This document shows positions 36,401 through 49,031 of a DNA stretch of 64,000 bases, in pieces. How positions within the stretch are numbered: position 1 is the first letter of the stretch; each line of letters starts with the position of its first letter. This stretch comes from Zootoca vivipara (Eukaryota), in NCBI RefSeq assembly GCF_963506605.1, contig NC_083285.1:67766001-67830000 (forward strand), written 5' to 3'. The notes beneath the pieces are model-generated. The model made no database searches, had not been told where the DNA came from, and saw only the letters and a list, made by a program, of their open reading frames with translations. Made by a program: the position numbers and the translations under genes.

Positions 36401-37378
36401 TTATTATTTATACCCCGCCCATCTGGGCGGCGTCCAACAAAATATTGAAATACAATGGTCTGTTAAACATTAAAAGCTTCCCTAAACATAACCTCTTTTT
36501 TTTCTTTCTTTCTTTAGTAAATTTAAATTTTATTGAAAAGCAATCAAATCATACAAATCATACATAAACAATAATCAAAATAAATTACAATCGAATAAAC
36601 CCAAATAAACCTAAATAATAATAATAGGGAAAAAAGAAAACCCTGATTACCCTTCACCCCCCAATGCCCTCCCCCCTGAGACTTCCCTCCGCTGTTTCCT
36701 CGACTTTTGTTTCCAATTTTACTTCAGTTCTGCAAGTATAATTAATTACTTATTCCTCTGTATATGTTCTTTGCATGCATTCTGTTTTTATATACTTTCC
36801 TATCCCCCTATCTTCTTTATCTCCACTTTTTATCTTTTATCAAACTTCATACCTTTTTATTCTAAGCATGAGAGCATATCCTCTCTTACATAATATTTCT
36901 TTATGTATTCATCAAAACATTCCCACTCGCTTCTTAATGTTTGTTTCGACCGATTTCTCAAAGCTGCTGTCAATTTGGCCATTAATAAGTACTCTCATGC
37001 CCCACCCAAAATGAAATCTAATATGATTTATTTTTTCAGAAAGTTACAGGATGCTGCGCTCCATGCTGCAACATTACTGCTGCTACTAATTTACTGTATT
37101 CTTATTTATTAATGGTGCCCAACCTTGGACTTCGAAGAGTCTCCAGTTTGGGAGGGATTTTAAAAACTCGGAAGCAGCCACCCCTCTTTGCTGTATGCTC
37201 CGAGTATATTTCACTGTATAAAGTATATGGCACTACTTCTCATGAAATATAATGCTGCTAAGGTCAGCTAAGGTCAAATCCACACCATACTTTTAAAGCA
37301 TTCCTAACAGACTTAATAGACATAAGGCTTCACGGTAGATTCCCGCCCCCCCCCCACCTCTTTTTTTCCTTTTCCTAC

Positions 37379-37513
37379 CTGGACATCCTCAATTAGGACG
37401 GAGTACTTGATTTGATGGGACTCCAGGAAGGCTTTGACATCTTGCAGGCAGGCAAAGGGGACTTGGACATCCGCTGGGCGACCAGGATATGAAGGGAAAC
37501 GCCAGAAATCGAG
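37379..37513 (-). CDS. CPA2: CPA2 exon 3 ([20 protein letters not shown]...LIEDVQ)
   Basis: 135 bp; GT-AG. Confidence 0.93.
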
Positions 37514-37696
37514 CTAACAAGCGAAGACAAGCCAAAAAAAAAGTGAGTTAATGAATCGTCGAAAGAAATGGCATAGGCTCCAACTCCCCTAAAAATGCCA
37601 GGACTGTCGCAAAACCCTGAAGCCATCACAGCTTCTCGCGGCCACGGAGAGCCCCAAATTCCCATCTTTGTTGAGGTACACTAGCCAGAAATGGCT

Positions 37697-37832
37697 TAGA
37701 ATCATAGAATCATAGAGTTGGAACAGACCACAAGGGCCATCCAGTCCAACCCCCTGCCAAGCAGGAAACACCACCAAAGCATTCCTGACAGATGGTCGTC
37801 AAGCCTCCGCTTAAAGACCTCCAAAGAAGGAG
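37697..37832 (-). mobile_element. CR1 3' end fragment
   Basis: agaatcatagaatcatagagttgg tail. Confidence 0.82.
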
Positions 37833-37981
37833 GAGGCTTAATGATGGGGAAGCATGAGGGGGGGGCATTGCCTCCTTTGTCGCTACTCCTGGGAGACGGA
37901 GAAGGCAGTCAAGTCGAACCCAACATGGGAGGGCCATTTGGACCTGCAGGGACTGTGTACCTGTTGATTTCAGATACAGTG

Positions 37982-38327
37982 CATAGCTGCCAAGTCTCCC
38001 GTATTCCCCGGGAAACCCCCGTTTTTCCAGCTGTTCCCAGCCAAAAAACCCGGATTTTTTTGTTTTTCCCTGGTTTATTCTGGCGCGGCGGCCATTTTGG
38101 AACTGGGCGGAGCATGCTCAGAAGCGACTTTTGATGCTGCTTTGCCCAGTTCCAAAATGGCTGCAGCGCGACTTCTGGTGCGACGGCCATTTTGGAACAG
38201 GGCAGAGCAGCATCGAAAGTAGCTTCTGAGCATGCTCCGCCCAGTTCCAAAATGGCGGCAGTGCTACTTCCGGCCTGCTACTTCCGGTCCAGTCCCTTAT
38301 TTCTCAGGCCGGAACTTGGCAGCTATG
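37982..38327. mobile_element. MITE with CATAGCTGCCAAG TIRs (possibly P superfamily)
   Basis: 7-bp TSD tacagtg; inverted near-identical copy at 46409-46752. Confidence 0.75.
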
Positions 38328-38329
38328 TA

Positions 38330-38536
38330 CAGTGGTACCTCGACTTACGAATTTAATCTGTTCCGAATGGACCTTCGTAAGTCGAAAAATTCGTAAGTCG
38401 AAGCCAATGGGGGGGATTTTAAAAAATCGTAAGTCGAAAAAATCCTATCTAAACCGCATCCAAAATGGCGGATGGAACTCTGTTCATAACTCGAAACATT
38501 CATAGGTCGAGTCATTCGTAAGTCGAGGTACCACTG
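38330..38536. mobile_element. Tc1/mariner-type MITE
   Basis: TIR CAGTGGTACCTCGACTTACGAAT. Confidence 0.82.
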
Positions 38537-38904
38537 TATAATTAGGACTCTGAGCAGGAACCGGGTGATCGCTACTTCCATACGCACATCCCTAATTACA
38601 GCCTCTCTCTTTGTGTGGAGTTTGTGAATGCCTTGCAGAGGCAGCCTAAGCTTGAAAATTAAGTATAATAAGCAAAAGAAGAAACAGACACTCCTCTGAG
38701 GAAGTCACTGCAATTATAGGTGTTATTACTTGTGAACTTTTAAGGAACTGCAGTTATTCAAAGCGTAGCCTGGGCTTCTGAGCTGAGTTTCCAGGGTGTT
38801 CTTTGTCCAGAGGCTCTGTCAGTCTCCAAGCAAGATGTCACCCCCAACCATTCACATTCAGGATGGATAATTAGCCAACACCCCCAAGAGGAAAAACCAC
38901 ACAC

Positions 38905-38986
38905 CTGGAGAGGTTCCAGAGCTTCAAGCTGCTTCAGGAGGCGGACTTGTTCATCGTTGCTTGGCTCCAGCCGGAGAACTTGATCA
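38905..38986 (-). CDS. CPA2: CPA2 exon 2 (DQVLRLEPSNDEQVRLLKQLEALEPLQ)
   Basis: 82 bp; GT-AG. Confidence 0.92.
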
Positions 38987-39784
38987 CTAAAAGATTTTAA
39001 AAATAGTACTTAGCTCAGCTCTTTGTTGCGCTGCGCTGCACTGCACTGCACTTTTATCGAAGGTAGATTTACCGCACAGGGAAGCCAACGCGAGCTTGAT
39101 GTGAACCTACCAAGTCCGATATTCTCAAAACACGACCTGGACCAAAATGCAGGTCTCCCCCAAAATTTGCTGTTCTCTGAATTTTGTGGTGCTGTTCCCT
39201 GACCAGGCAATATGTACAAAAATGTCTGTGTGCCTGTGCTATTGTTCTAGAAAATGAGGTGCCGGAACTCAGCATGAACGCCTCCCTTGAGAGAGCCAGT
39301 GTGGTGCAGTGGTTAAGAGTGGTAGACTCGTAATCTGGGGGACCGGGTTCGTTAGCCGCTTTGAGACTCCTTCGGGTAGTGATAAAGCGGGATATCAAAT
39401 CCAAACTCTTCTTCTTCTTCGTGTTCTCTTATAATGACAATGGCACCCACCTAAGAGGTGCCGGAACTGAGTTCCGGTGAGTTTTGGCTTTAAAAAAAGC
39501 CCAGGCGTGTGGTGTACTGAAAAATGTGCATGGTAGAGAAAATCACACAGACAAACGCATTATATTAAGGAACCTTCGTCTAAACGTGTTGTGTTTTAGG
39601 AGAAATGCACGGCAATATGGTGACCGATTTCCATGAGTCCTTCTCAAAAAAAACAGTCACCAACTTGCAAACTGGAATGCTTTCTTTGGTGCTTTTCAAG
39701 CAGACAGAGCAGGAGATCCAGAGAGAGAGAGAGGGGGGGGGGACTAGCACTCCTACAGGTGTGCATAACCCCTGTGCCACATTT

Positions 39785-40251
39785 ACAAAGGTCCGTATAG
39801 TTAAAGCTATGGTTTTCCCAGTAGTGATGTATGGAAGTGAGAGCTGGACCATAAAGAAGGCTGATCGCCGAAGAATGGATGCTTTTGAATTATGGTGCTG
39901 GAGGAGACTCTTGAGAGTCCCATGGACTGCAAGAAGATCAAACCTATCCATTCTGAAGGAAATCAGCCCTGAGTGCTCACTGGAAGGACAGATCCTGAAG
40001 CTGAGGCTCCAATACTTTGGCCACCTCACGAGAAGAGAAGACTCCCTGGAGAAGACCCTGATGTTGGGAAAGATGGAGGGCACAAGGAGAAGGGGACGAC
40101 AGAGGATAAGATGGTTGGACAGTGTTCTCGAAGCTACGGACATGAGTTTGACCAAACTGCGGGAGGCAGTGCAAGACAGGAGTGCCTGGCGTGCTCTGGT
40201 CCATGGGGTCACGAAGAGTGGGACACGACTAAACGACTAAACAACAACAAA
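39785..40251 (+). mobile_element. Bov-B 3' fragment
   Basis: TKVRIVKAMVFP...RLND; (CAA)n tail. Confidence 0.92.
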
Positions 40252-41114
40252 ACTGGTACTCTCCTCTTTACAGCATGAGCTGGGGGTGGGGCGAATCTCC
40301 CACACCGCTGTTCGACAATAAATCTGGTTATGCCTGATCTTTGGTGTAAGACTCCTTTTTCTCACAGAGAAACTCGAATCTCTCTGGGGAAGATCCCTGG
40401 GTCATTTTTGTCCAACACCCATGTCTGAACTATGGTGGAACCCAGGGAGACAAAATTGTCTACCACCTCAAGTGTGTGTCAGGAGCAATGCCTCGATGCC
40501 TCCCACATGTGGTTTTGGGTATCACACAGCAGCACAGAACTCCAAACAAAGGTGCAGGGCCGTCTTACCCATAGGGATGTGGGGCACCCAGGCGCCGGGC
40601 TCTCAGGGGCACCAGTTCGAGAGTCCGGGGCCTGAGAGTTGAGTCCAGGGAAGAGCCCGCCCGTTGGTCAGAGTGCCACTCTTTTGTTGCGGGCGGCTCT
40701 GCGCCGCGGGTTCAGGGGCGACTGATCCAGCAAGACGCTGAGGCAGCAGGCCAGCTTCGCCCTCCTGCATGCCTGGCACTGGGCAACCTGAGGAGGGGGT
40801 GCCGGGCGGATCTTTGCACCCGGGTGCCACATATGCTTAAGACAGCCCTGCAAAAATGCTCTCTCCCAAGAAGAAGAAGAGAAGAGTTTGGATTTGATAT
40901 CCCGCTTTATCACTACTGGAAGAAGTCTCAAAGCGGCTAACATTCTCCTTTCCCTTCCTCCCCCACAACAACCACTCTGTGAGGTGAGTGGGGCTGAGAG
41001 ACTTCAGAGAAGTGTGACTAGCCCAAGGTCACCCAGCAGCTGCATGTGGAGGAGCGGAGACGCGAACCCAGTTCCCCAGATTATGAGTCTACCGCTCTTA
41101 ACCACTACACCACA

Positions 41115-41480
41115 CCAAGCCCACATTCCCAGCATGTTTGCACTCCTGTCTCAGGGACGTGTACGCTGGCTTGGTCACATTAACAGAATGGAGGATGGCA
41201 GGATCCCCAAGGATGTCCTCTGGCGTCAGGCACCAGACAAACGTGACATGAAGGCTGGCAGTACCAACTGTGCCGTGTGGAAATCCCTTGCAGGTGGCCA
41301 CTGTGCCCAGAGACAGTGACTCCATAGCAGTGACCAGAGGAGGAGGAATGACCGCTGGGAGGAGTGCAGAGAGAAGTAACGCCCTGGTGCATCTGCGACA
41401 GCACAATCGGATGCCTTCATCTGCCCCGGCTGCAACTAAACATGTCTCTCCTGCATCCTGCAGCCACAGCAGGCGCTGCA
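41115..41480 (+). mobile_element. Degenerate RTE-clade LINE fragment (distinct from the young Bov-B family)
   Basis: IPSMFALLSQ..RWLGHINRMEDGRIPKDVL; related piece ~56900-57045 (-). Confidence 0.65.
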
Positions 41481-42054
41481 ACCAGGGGCAGAGGAAGGGG
41501 GTGCCGTGGATATGGGCCGCCCCGGGTGTCACCACTGAAGGGGGTGACAAAATGCTGGGCGGCACTCACTGCGGCGCCTGCAGCGCGCCCGAGCCACACA
41601 TCTCTCCTGGGAGAGACGTGGTTGCTTAGGCGTGCTGCAGGCTCCACGCTGCCCAAATGGTCCGCCCACTGCCTCCCTCTCCCAGCTGTAGGGAGGAGGC
41701 AGGCAGACTCCGGAGGCCCTGCGGTGTGCCCTGTCCTCTCCCGGCCCCTGTGGGTGGCTCGCCCCGCCCCAGGCACCCAAGCGGCTTCCTCCGCTGCTGG
41801 CTGCAACCTTCCATCAGCTCGACCTCACCCCCAAAGGCCCACTCCTCCAATGTGTCCCAAGACAGACAGATGCCAACAATTCACAACTTATGTCTGAATT
41901 GTAATATGGAAAGAGTTGATCTCCGTTATGGCATTGAGCTGTTGTTGTTTTTCGGGGAGGGTGTGTGTGCCCGGTTCGGATTGCCCAACTAGAGTTGATT
42001 CCGAGCTTTCATACAACAAACCTGCGCCCCCTCCACTTTTTGCAGCAAGGTGAG

Positions 42055-42483
42055 TGTCACAGGCGCAATAGCGGCTACTCTAGAGTAAAGACTCCTCACG
42101 ACGTTGCCTTTTCATGCTTTTATTCAGTGCAAACTATTTACAGTGCAGAGTCAGCACTATGTACATGTTGTCAGTCTTGGTCAGAACCTCCGAATGGAGA
42201 TTCCCGTGTTTTCCTCCAACAAAGTAGCCTGGGAACATTGAATCTCCGCCCCCGGCGCTTTTTGCGCAATTCCGGGGTCGGCGGGAGCGGTCTTCTGGTC
42301 GCGCTTTCCCTGCTTCCCATTTCCTCTCCTGAGCGGAGCAGTGGCTCTGCTACCCTACCTGAGCTGTGCCTTCTACTTCCTGATTCCCCGCTAGAGACAT
42401 CCCCCTCCCCGCTCACACTGGCGCTGGGAGATGAGCTTGTGCTCAGGATGGGAGGAGGCTGTCTGTAGCTGCTCTCCCTCACA
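42055..42483 (-). mobile_element. Solo LTR (Gypsy-like) in CPA2 intron 1
   Basis: TG...CA; 5-bp TSD GTGAG; AATAAA on minus strand ~42118-42123. Confidence 0.78.
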
Positions 42484-42995
42484 GTGAGTGTTGGGGAAAT
42501 GCCCCGGAAAGTGTGAGATGACATTTGCTAAGTCATCCCTGTAAACGAATCAGGACGGATGCTTGCTGAACCTAGAAGCAATCTTCCCGAGGGCATAGGA
42601 AGGTATTTTGAGGTTGCCCCAAACACAAACATATTCTAAGTAGCAGCTTACCCCAATCTCCAGATCAGCTACAAAACTGCCAGCAGGGGAAGCCTGAGCC
42701 CCGGAGTCTGCTGGTATTGCAGTGTTTGAAAAGCACATACCCTCCAACATTCCTCTGATGAAAACTGGGAGGCATATCTTTTGGTGCTGACCAAGTCAGC
42801 TGGCTTGCATGGAAGAGTGTGACCAAAAGGTGTGTGTCCCCACTTGCAAGCACCAGAGCCAACGCTGGCTCATCCCAGGACATCGCAGGATCAAATCAGA
42901 AGCTGGGATGGCTTCTGTGATTCCAGGAATTTCGGAGGATACGAAAGCAGCAAAGAGAGCGTTCCAGAAACAGTGGGGTCCAAAGGAGAACTCAC

Positions 42996-43060
42996 CCAGC
43001 AAATGTTTGCAGTCCCTGGGAAGCCCCAACAAGGGCCGCAAGAAGCAGAAACAGCCTCAT
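42996..43060 (-). CDS. CPA2: CPA2 exon 1, signal peptide MRLFLLLAALVGASQGLQTFAG
   Basis: ATG at 43060; 65 bp; donor GG|gtgagt. Confidence 0.9.
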
Positions 43061-43108
43061 GTTTGGAAAGTTGTTCAGAAGCGGAGGAACGACGCTTCGG
43101 CGAGGCTG

Positions 43109-43115
43109 TATTTAA
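43109..43115 (-). promoter_or_regulatory. TATA-like element (TTAAATA) of CPA2
   Basis: About 50 bp upstream of the ATG, spacing similar to the CPA1 TATA. Confidence 0.5.
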
Positions 43116-43893
43116 GCTGCGTGTGCTGCCCAAGCCTTTCCAAAGAGGTTGCATGTGTTTAAATTCCCATGTCACGTCTGAAAGGTTCAAGGCACCTAGG
43201 CAGATAAGGGAGTGAGTATCTTTTCCCTTGGAAAGTCTTGCTTGCCTTGATGTAATGATATAATTAATGGGTGGACCTTGATCAGCAAGGCTGGGGCGCA
43301 GGAGGCAGGAGCCCTCGGGGCACGGTAGTAAACAGCAAAATTGCAGAAGTGTCCAAGCGACTGGATGTGGCCCGGGTATTCCAGAGTCAGCCTATTTAGA
43401 GGAAGCCAACTGGGTCAGAGTGCTGGTGTAGCTAACCCAGGCGTGGGCAATCTTTGGCCATCCAAACGTTCCTGAACTACAATGGCCATCATCCCTAGCC
43501 ACTGGTCATTACTGCTGCAGCTGATGGGAGTTGTAGTTCTGCAACCTCTGGAGGGCCAAAGGTTCCCAGAATGTCCCGCTTCTCCTTAGGACGTCCCTAT
43601 TTTCACCGGAGGAATGTTGGCGGGTGTGGAGTTATCTGAAGCCGTCTGGAGGCAATCCTGTATAGGGAAGGCTTTTTAAAAAATAATGTTTAATGTTTTA
43701 ATTATGTTTTTACATATGTTGGAAGCTGCCCAGAGTGGCTGGGGCAACCCAGTAAGAGGTGTGGGGTATAAATAGTAAAATTACCTTTACGGAATGGGAC
43801 GTCCCTATTTTCATTGGAGAAATGTTGGAGGGTAGGGGTAAGGCTAAATTGGAGGAGGAGGGGGGTTGGCAGCACAATAGCTATGTTCTACAT

Positions 43894-44029
43894 CAGGCAT
43901 CCCCAAACTTGGCCTTCCAGATGTTTTGGGACTACAGTTCCCATCATCCCTGACCACTGGTCCTGTTAGCTAGGGATGATGGGAGTTGTAGTCCCAAAAC
44001 ATCTGGAGAGCCAAGTTTGGGGATGCCTG
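43894..44029. mobile_element. hAT MITE
   Basis: TIR CAGGCATCCCCAAACTTGG; TSD ttctac(a/g)t. Confidence 0.85.
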
Positions 44030-44792
44030 TTCTACGTCCACGTCCAGGGGTGATATGCCTTTAAATACCACTTGCTGAGGAGAAAAGTTGTTTTTTTTTA
44101 AAAATGATTTTTCCCCCCAGGGAAGTATTTATCGTGCTTTTAATATTTTGTTGGGAGCCGCCCAGAATGGTTGGAGCAGCCCAGTCAGATGAGGCACATA
44201 TTATTATTGTTATTGTTATTATCATCATTATAATATCCCACGAAGAATTTCAAAACATGCTGGCCGCGCCCATGCAGGGTCGCACATAAGCAACTCCCAC
44301 TTCACGGGACTGCAGTCTGCAAGTGCTCTTAAATTTATTAGGACTAAAAATAGATTAATTGCATTCAAAAACAAGGTGTCAGGGAATGGTCTGAATCAGA
44401 GGATTGGGAAATGCATTCTCAGGCAGATCAGCTCTTCTCTGAAGAGGACCAGGGGAGGGGGAAGATTCTCTCCCCCCCCCTCCAGTTTTGAGCAGTTTCA
44501 GGAGCAGAGAGAGACACAGACACTGAGCAGCTTCAACAGGAGTTGCCTAGTTACGAGATAATGGAAAGAGAAACAGAAGGGAGGGAACAGCCAGCGGAGA
44601 CGGCACTGGAGAGTTTAGGAGACCCTTGCTCCCCAAGAACTAGGAGGTCCGTCCATATTAGACAACAACGAATGCAGAGAGGAGGAGGAACTTCCTGTTG
44701 GTGCCCAGGATGTGGCTGGGGGCGGATTTAGAGTAGCCAACTGCCCTCCTTGTGGAGAAATGTGGATTTTTGCTTGCAACCAGATGACTGAC

Positions 44793-45528
44793 TCATAGAG
44801 TTGGAAGAGACCACAAGGGCCATCCAGTCCAACCCCCTGCCAAGCAGGAAACACCATCAAAGCATTCTTGACATATGCCTGTCAAGCCTCTGCTTAAAGA
44901 CCTCCAAAGAAGGAGACTCCACCACACTTCTTGGCAGCAAATTCCACTGTCGAACAGCTCTTACTGTCAGGAAGTTCTTCCTAATGTTTAGGTGGAATCT
45001 TCTTTCTTGTAGTTTGAATCCATTACTCCGTGTCCGCTTCTCTGGAGCAGCAGAAAACAACCTTTCACCCTCCTCTATATGACATCATTTTATATATTTG
45101 AACATGGCTATCATATCACCCCTTAACCTTCTCTTCTCCAGGCTAAACATACCCAGCTCCCTAAGCCGTTCCTCATAAGGCATTGTTTCCAGGCCTTTGA
45201 CCATTTTGGTTGCCCTCCTCTGGACACGTTCCAGCTTGTCAGTATCCTTCTTGAACTGTGGTGCCCAGAACTGGACACAGTACTCCAGGTGAGGTCTGAC
45301 CAGAGCAGAATACAGTGGTACTATTACTTCCCTTGATCTAGATGCTATACTCCTATTGATGCAGCCCAGAATTGCATTGGCTTTTTAAGCTGCTGCATCA
45401 CACTGTTGACTCATGTCAAGTTTGTGGTCTACCAGGACTCCTAGATCCTTTTCACATGTACTGCTCTCAAGCCAGGTGTCTCCCATCCTGTATTTGTGCC
45501 TTTCATTTTTATTTTGCCCAAGTGTAGT
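44793..45528 (-). mobile_element. CR1 LINE 3' fragment
   Basis: Near-identical to 17311-17917. Confidence 0.9.
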
Positions 45529-45891
45529 ACTGAATTAAGAAAGGACTATGAAATAGAAACTGCTCGTTAATTCTTGTCTGTGAAGTTACCAAAGGGAGGG
45601 GAGGACTCTCCATGCCCGACAAAATGCGGCTTCTTCCCGATGGCATCATTCAGTCAGGCAAACGGTGTTTCCACAAGCTGGCCGCCTTCCCAGCATGTTG
45701 CAAAGAGGAGGATGCTATGTGGTATATATAGGAGCTTTATTGACATGAGTCAGCCCTCAGTCACCTCTCAGAGGTGCGAGCCACCCACCCCACCCTCCTT
45801 GCCCAGGCAAACAACCCTTGAAGGAAGCGCGGGCGAAAGCGGGTTGCGTGTGGACATTGTCGCCCTTCCCCGGAAGGGACTCTCCTCGGGA

Positions 45892-46319
45892 TCAGTTGTG
45901 CTTCCCTGGAGAACACCATTCTGGGTCAAAGAAGTGCTGGGCCAGCCACTCTCTCGTCCTCTTGGCTTTGCAGCGGGGACACGCTTCCTCTGGCATCCAG
46001 GGGACACGCCTGGGGCTCCTCTCCCTCACCACCATCTTCCTCCCTCTCGCACTGGAGGCGCTGCCGTCGGTGTCAGCCGTCTGGCTGCCTTTCCACGAGG
46101 ACACCTGCGACTCCGAGGAGACCACAGAGTCGCTGTCGCAGAAGCTTTGCTGGCTGACCTTGGAGAGGCGCTCCTTCGTCTCCTTCCTGGGAGGAGGAGA
46201 ACTGGGGGACGCCTCGTCCTCGGCGGTGTCTCTTTCACACTCTCCCGCAAACAGCTTCCTTAGGCACCCCAGGATACCGCACCCACTGTCTTGACACCTG
46301 TCGGTGGGGTCCTGGCAAC
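45892..46319 (-). CDS. SSMEM1: SSMEM1 last exon (...DSDSVVSSESQVSSWKGS...CPRCKAKRTREWLAQHF...*)
   Basis: ctgctag acceptor; SSWK and CxxCKAxRTxEWLAxH motifs; AATAAA at 45736-45741. Confidence 0.82.
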
Positions 46320-46408
46320 CTAGCAGGAATCAGGGGAGAGATAGGGATGAGGGAGTTATTTTTGCAGTGGAGAAATAGCAACGCTGCCATCCACTTTAAC
46401 CTTAGGTC

Positions 46409-46752
46409 CATAGCTGCCAAGTTCCGGCCTGAGAAATAAGGGCCTGGACCGGAAGTAGCAGACCGGAAGTAGCGCTGCCGCCATTTTGGAACTGGGCGGA
46501 GCATGCTCAGAAGCTACTTTTGATGCTGCTCTGCCCTGTTCCAAAATGGCCGCCACACCAGAAGTCACGCTGCAGCCATTTTGGAACTGGGAAAAGCAGC
46601 ATCAAAAGTCGCTTCTGAGCATTCTACGCCCAGTTCCAAAATGGCCGCCGCGCCAGAATAAACCGGGGGAAACAAAAAAATCTGTTTTTTCGGCTGGGGA
46701 CAGCCGGAAAAACGGGGGTTTCCCGGGGAATACGGGAGACTTGGCAGCTATG
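46409..46752. mobile_element. MITE with CATAGCTGCCAAG TIRs
   Basis: 8-bp TSD cttaggtc. Confidence 0.8.
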
Positions 46753-46902
46753 CTTAGGTCAGTGGTTCTCAAAGAGCATCACGACCATGCTGTCATACCC
46801 TCCAACATATCTCCAGTGAAAAGAGGGACACCCCAGAGGGGGACCTTCCAAGATCAAATCAGAAACCGGGACAGCTTCTGTAATTCTGGGAAATCGGAAC
46901 AC

Positions 46903-46903
<1 letters not shown>

Positions 46904-46949
<46 letters not shown>

Positions 46950-47180
46950 TTATTTATACCCCGCCCATATGGGCGGCTTCCAACAAAATATTAAAACACA
47001 GCAGTCCATCAAGCATTAAAAGCTTCCGTAAACAGGGCTGCCTTCAGATGTCTTCTAAAAGTCTGGTAGTAGTTGTTCTCTTTGACATCTGGTGGGAGGG
47101 CGTTCCACAGGGCAGGTGCCACTACCAAGAAGGCCCTCTGCCTAGTTCCCTGTAACTTGGCTTCTTGCAGCGAGGAAACC
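46904..47180 (-). mobile_element. L2 3' fragment
   Basis: (AAT)n tail; family match. Confidence 0.78.
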
Positions 47181-47517
47181 TTGGAAGGTCTGTGCTGGTG
47201 TTAAGTGGGGGGGGGGCAATTCCCGGGTGAGAGACTACTCAACAGCCCAGCTCGTCGGGGTGAAAGTCCCCCGTGGGTCCATGCGGGCAGTTAAAGAAGG
47301 AAGCTCCAGCCAAGTCATTTGGAGCAAAACAGCGGTCAGTAGACCATGATCTTTATTGTTGCGTAATAGGTCCCCACAGGAGTAAGAACCCCGAGCATGG
47401 GGCGATATCCTTTTTTAAAACTCCCCTCTTTCCCCCAGAAGACACTTTGAGAGGCATCATTGCCACATCATCACTACATCACTAGCATGTCACAATTGGG
47501 GAGGGGTATACAAGGGA

Positions 47518-48088
47518 CAAGTAGATAAATAGGGACCGCTCCGGCGGGAAGGTAAACGGCGTTTCCGTGCGCTGCTCTGGTTCGCCAGAAGCAGCTTTGT
47601 CATGCTGTCCACATGACCCGGAAGCTGTCTGCGGACAAACGCCGGCTCCCTCGGCCTATAGAGCGAGATGAGCAACCCCAGAGTTGGACACGACTGGACC
47701 TGATGGTCAGGGGGCCCTTTACCTTTATACAAGGGACATGAGTCTAAACCACTGAGCCTAGGGCTTGCCGATCGGGAGGTCAGCAGTTCGAATCCCCATG
47801 ACAGGGTGAGCTCCCGTTGTTTGGTCCCAGCTCCTGCCCACCTAGCAGTTCGAAAGCAGGACAAAGTGCAAGTAGATAAAGAGGTACCACTCCAGCGGGA
47901 AGGTAAATGGCGTTTCCGTGTGCTGCTTTGGTTTCGCCAGAAGCGGCTTAGTCATGCTGGCCACATGACCTGGAAAAACTGTCTGCGGACAAACACCGGC
48001 TCCCTCGACCAATAAAGCGAGATGAGTGCCGCAACCCTAGAGTCGTTTGCGACTGGACTTAACTGTCAGGGGTCCTTTACCTTTTACT
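47518..48088 (+). mobile_element. Two tandem Sauria SINEs (47518-47726, 47741-48088)
   Basis: Target motif tatacaaggg repeated three times around them. Confidence 0.85.
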
Positions 48089-48265
48089 TTTTATACAAGG
48101 GTTACACAAGTTCAACATGAGGTCACTTTATCAGACACCTTTCCCATCACCTCTTAAGTCCCCATCACCGGAAGAACAATAAAACGCTTGACATATCCTT
48201 GCCCTCAGGACTTGTATGGAGATGGGCTTTCAGAACACCTGACTTGCTCAACTGCCTCTGCTCTA

Positions 48266-48624
48266 AAAGGTAAAGGTAAAGGGGCCCCTGACCATCACGT
48301 CCAGTCGTGTCTGACTCTGGGGTTGCGGCGCTCATCTCGCTCTATAGGCCGAGGGAGCCAGCGTTTGTCCGCAGACAGCTTCCGGGTCATGTGGCCAGCA
48401 TGACTAAGCCGCTTCTGGCAAACCAGAGCAGCACACGGAAACGCCGTTTACCTTCCCGCTATAGCGGTCCCTATTTATCTACTTGCACTTTGATGTGCTT
48501 TCGAACTGCTAGGTGGGCAGGAGCTGGGACCAAGCAATGGGAGCTCACCCCATTGCAGGGATTCGAACCGCCGACCTTCTGATCAGCAAGCCCTAGGCTC
48601 AGTGGTTTAACCACAGCGCCACCT
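48266..48624 (-). mobile_element. Sauria SINE
   Basis: Long direct repeat flanks (up to 30 bp). Confidence 0.88.
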
Positions 48625-49031
48625 GACTTGCTCAACTGCCTCTGCTCTACGGATGTCTATTGTTGGGGTGGGGTGCCATGTATTTGCTCTCACATTTGGG
48701 GAATTATGGCGGGATGCCCTGTTCCTGCTTCCTGCGTGACTTCCTGCTTCTTGGTTCATGGAGGGAGGTGGAGCCCAAACTCACCTTTCTTTAAGGGTTA
48801 AAATGGCATTGGAATGAGGAGAGTCATTTAAATCTACCAAGTTATAAAGCTAGGTATCTTCCCTGAGCTGTCAAGTCGAAAGGATACATCCAGGCATAAT
48901 ATTTGTAACATTGTAACAACTTTAAAGATGTAACACACACACACACCCCTTCCCAAATTGTCATTTCTGTAACACTGGTATGGCAGGAGAGGATGGCAAG
49001 CAATATTCAAGGACCAGTAAAGAAACATTTA

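Larger units (their letters stand above)
23493..43060 (-). other. CPA2: Carboxypeptidase A2 gene span, complete, 11 exons, 1263 bp CDS / 420 aa
   Basis: Exons splice in frame. CPA2-type features: [32 protein letters not shown], [10 protein letters not shown] and KVGPIC (Cys210-Cys244 pair), C-terminus [10 protein letters not shown]; position next to SSMEM1 as in mammals. Confidence 0.92.

Noticed and set aside
42650-42750. Alternative CPA2 exon 1 ending GG|gtaagc
   Set aside because: No signal peptide; 42996-43060 has the right length, a signal peptide and a TATA-like box
45574-46263. 229-aa plus-strand ORF
   Set aside because: Antisense shadow of the GC-rich SSMEM1 last exon; non-ATG start; no recognisable motif
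47199-48838. Possible further solo LTR hosting the SINE cluster
   Set aside because: LTR-like composition, but no matching end or TSD could be fixed
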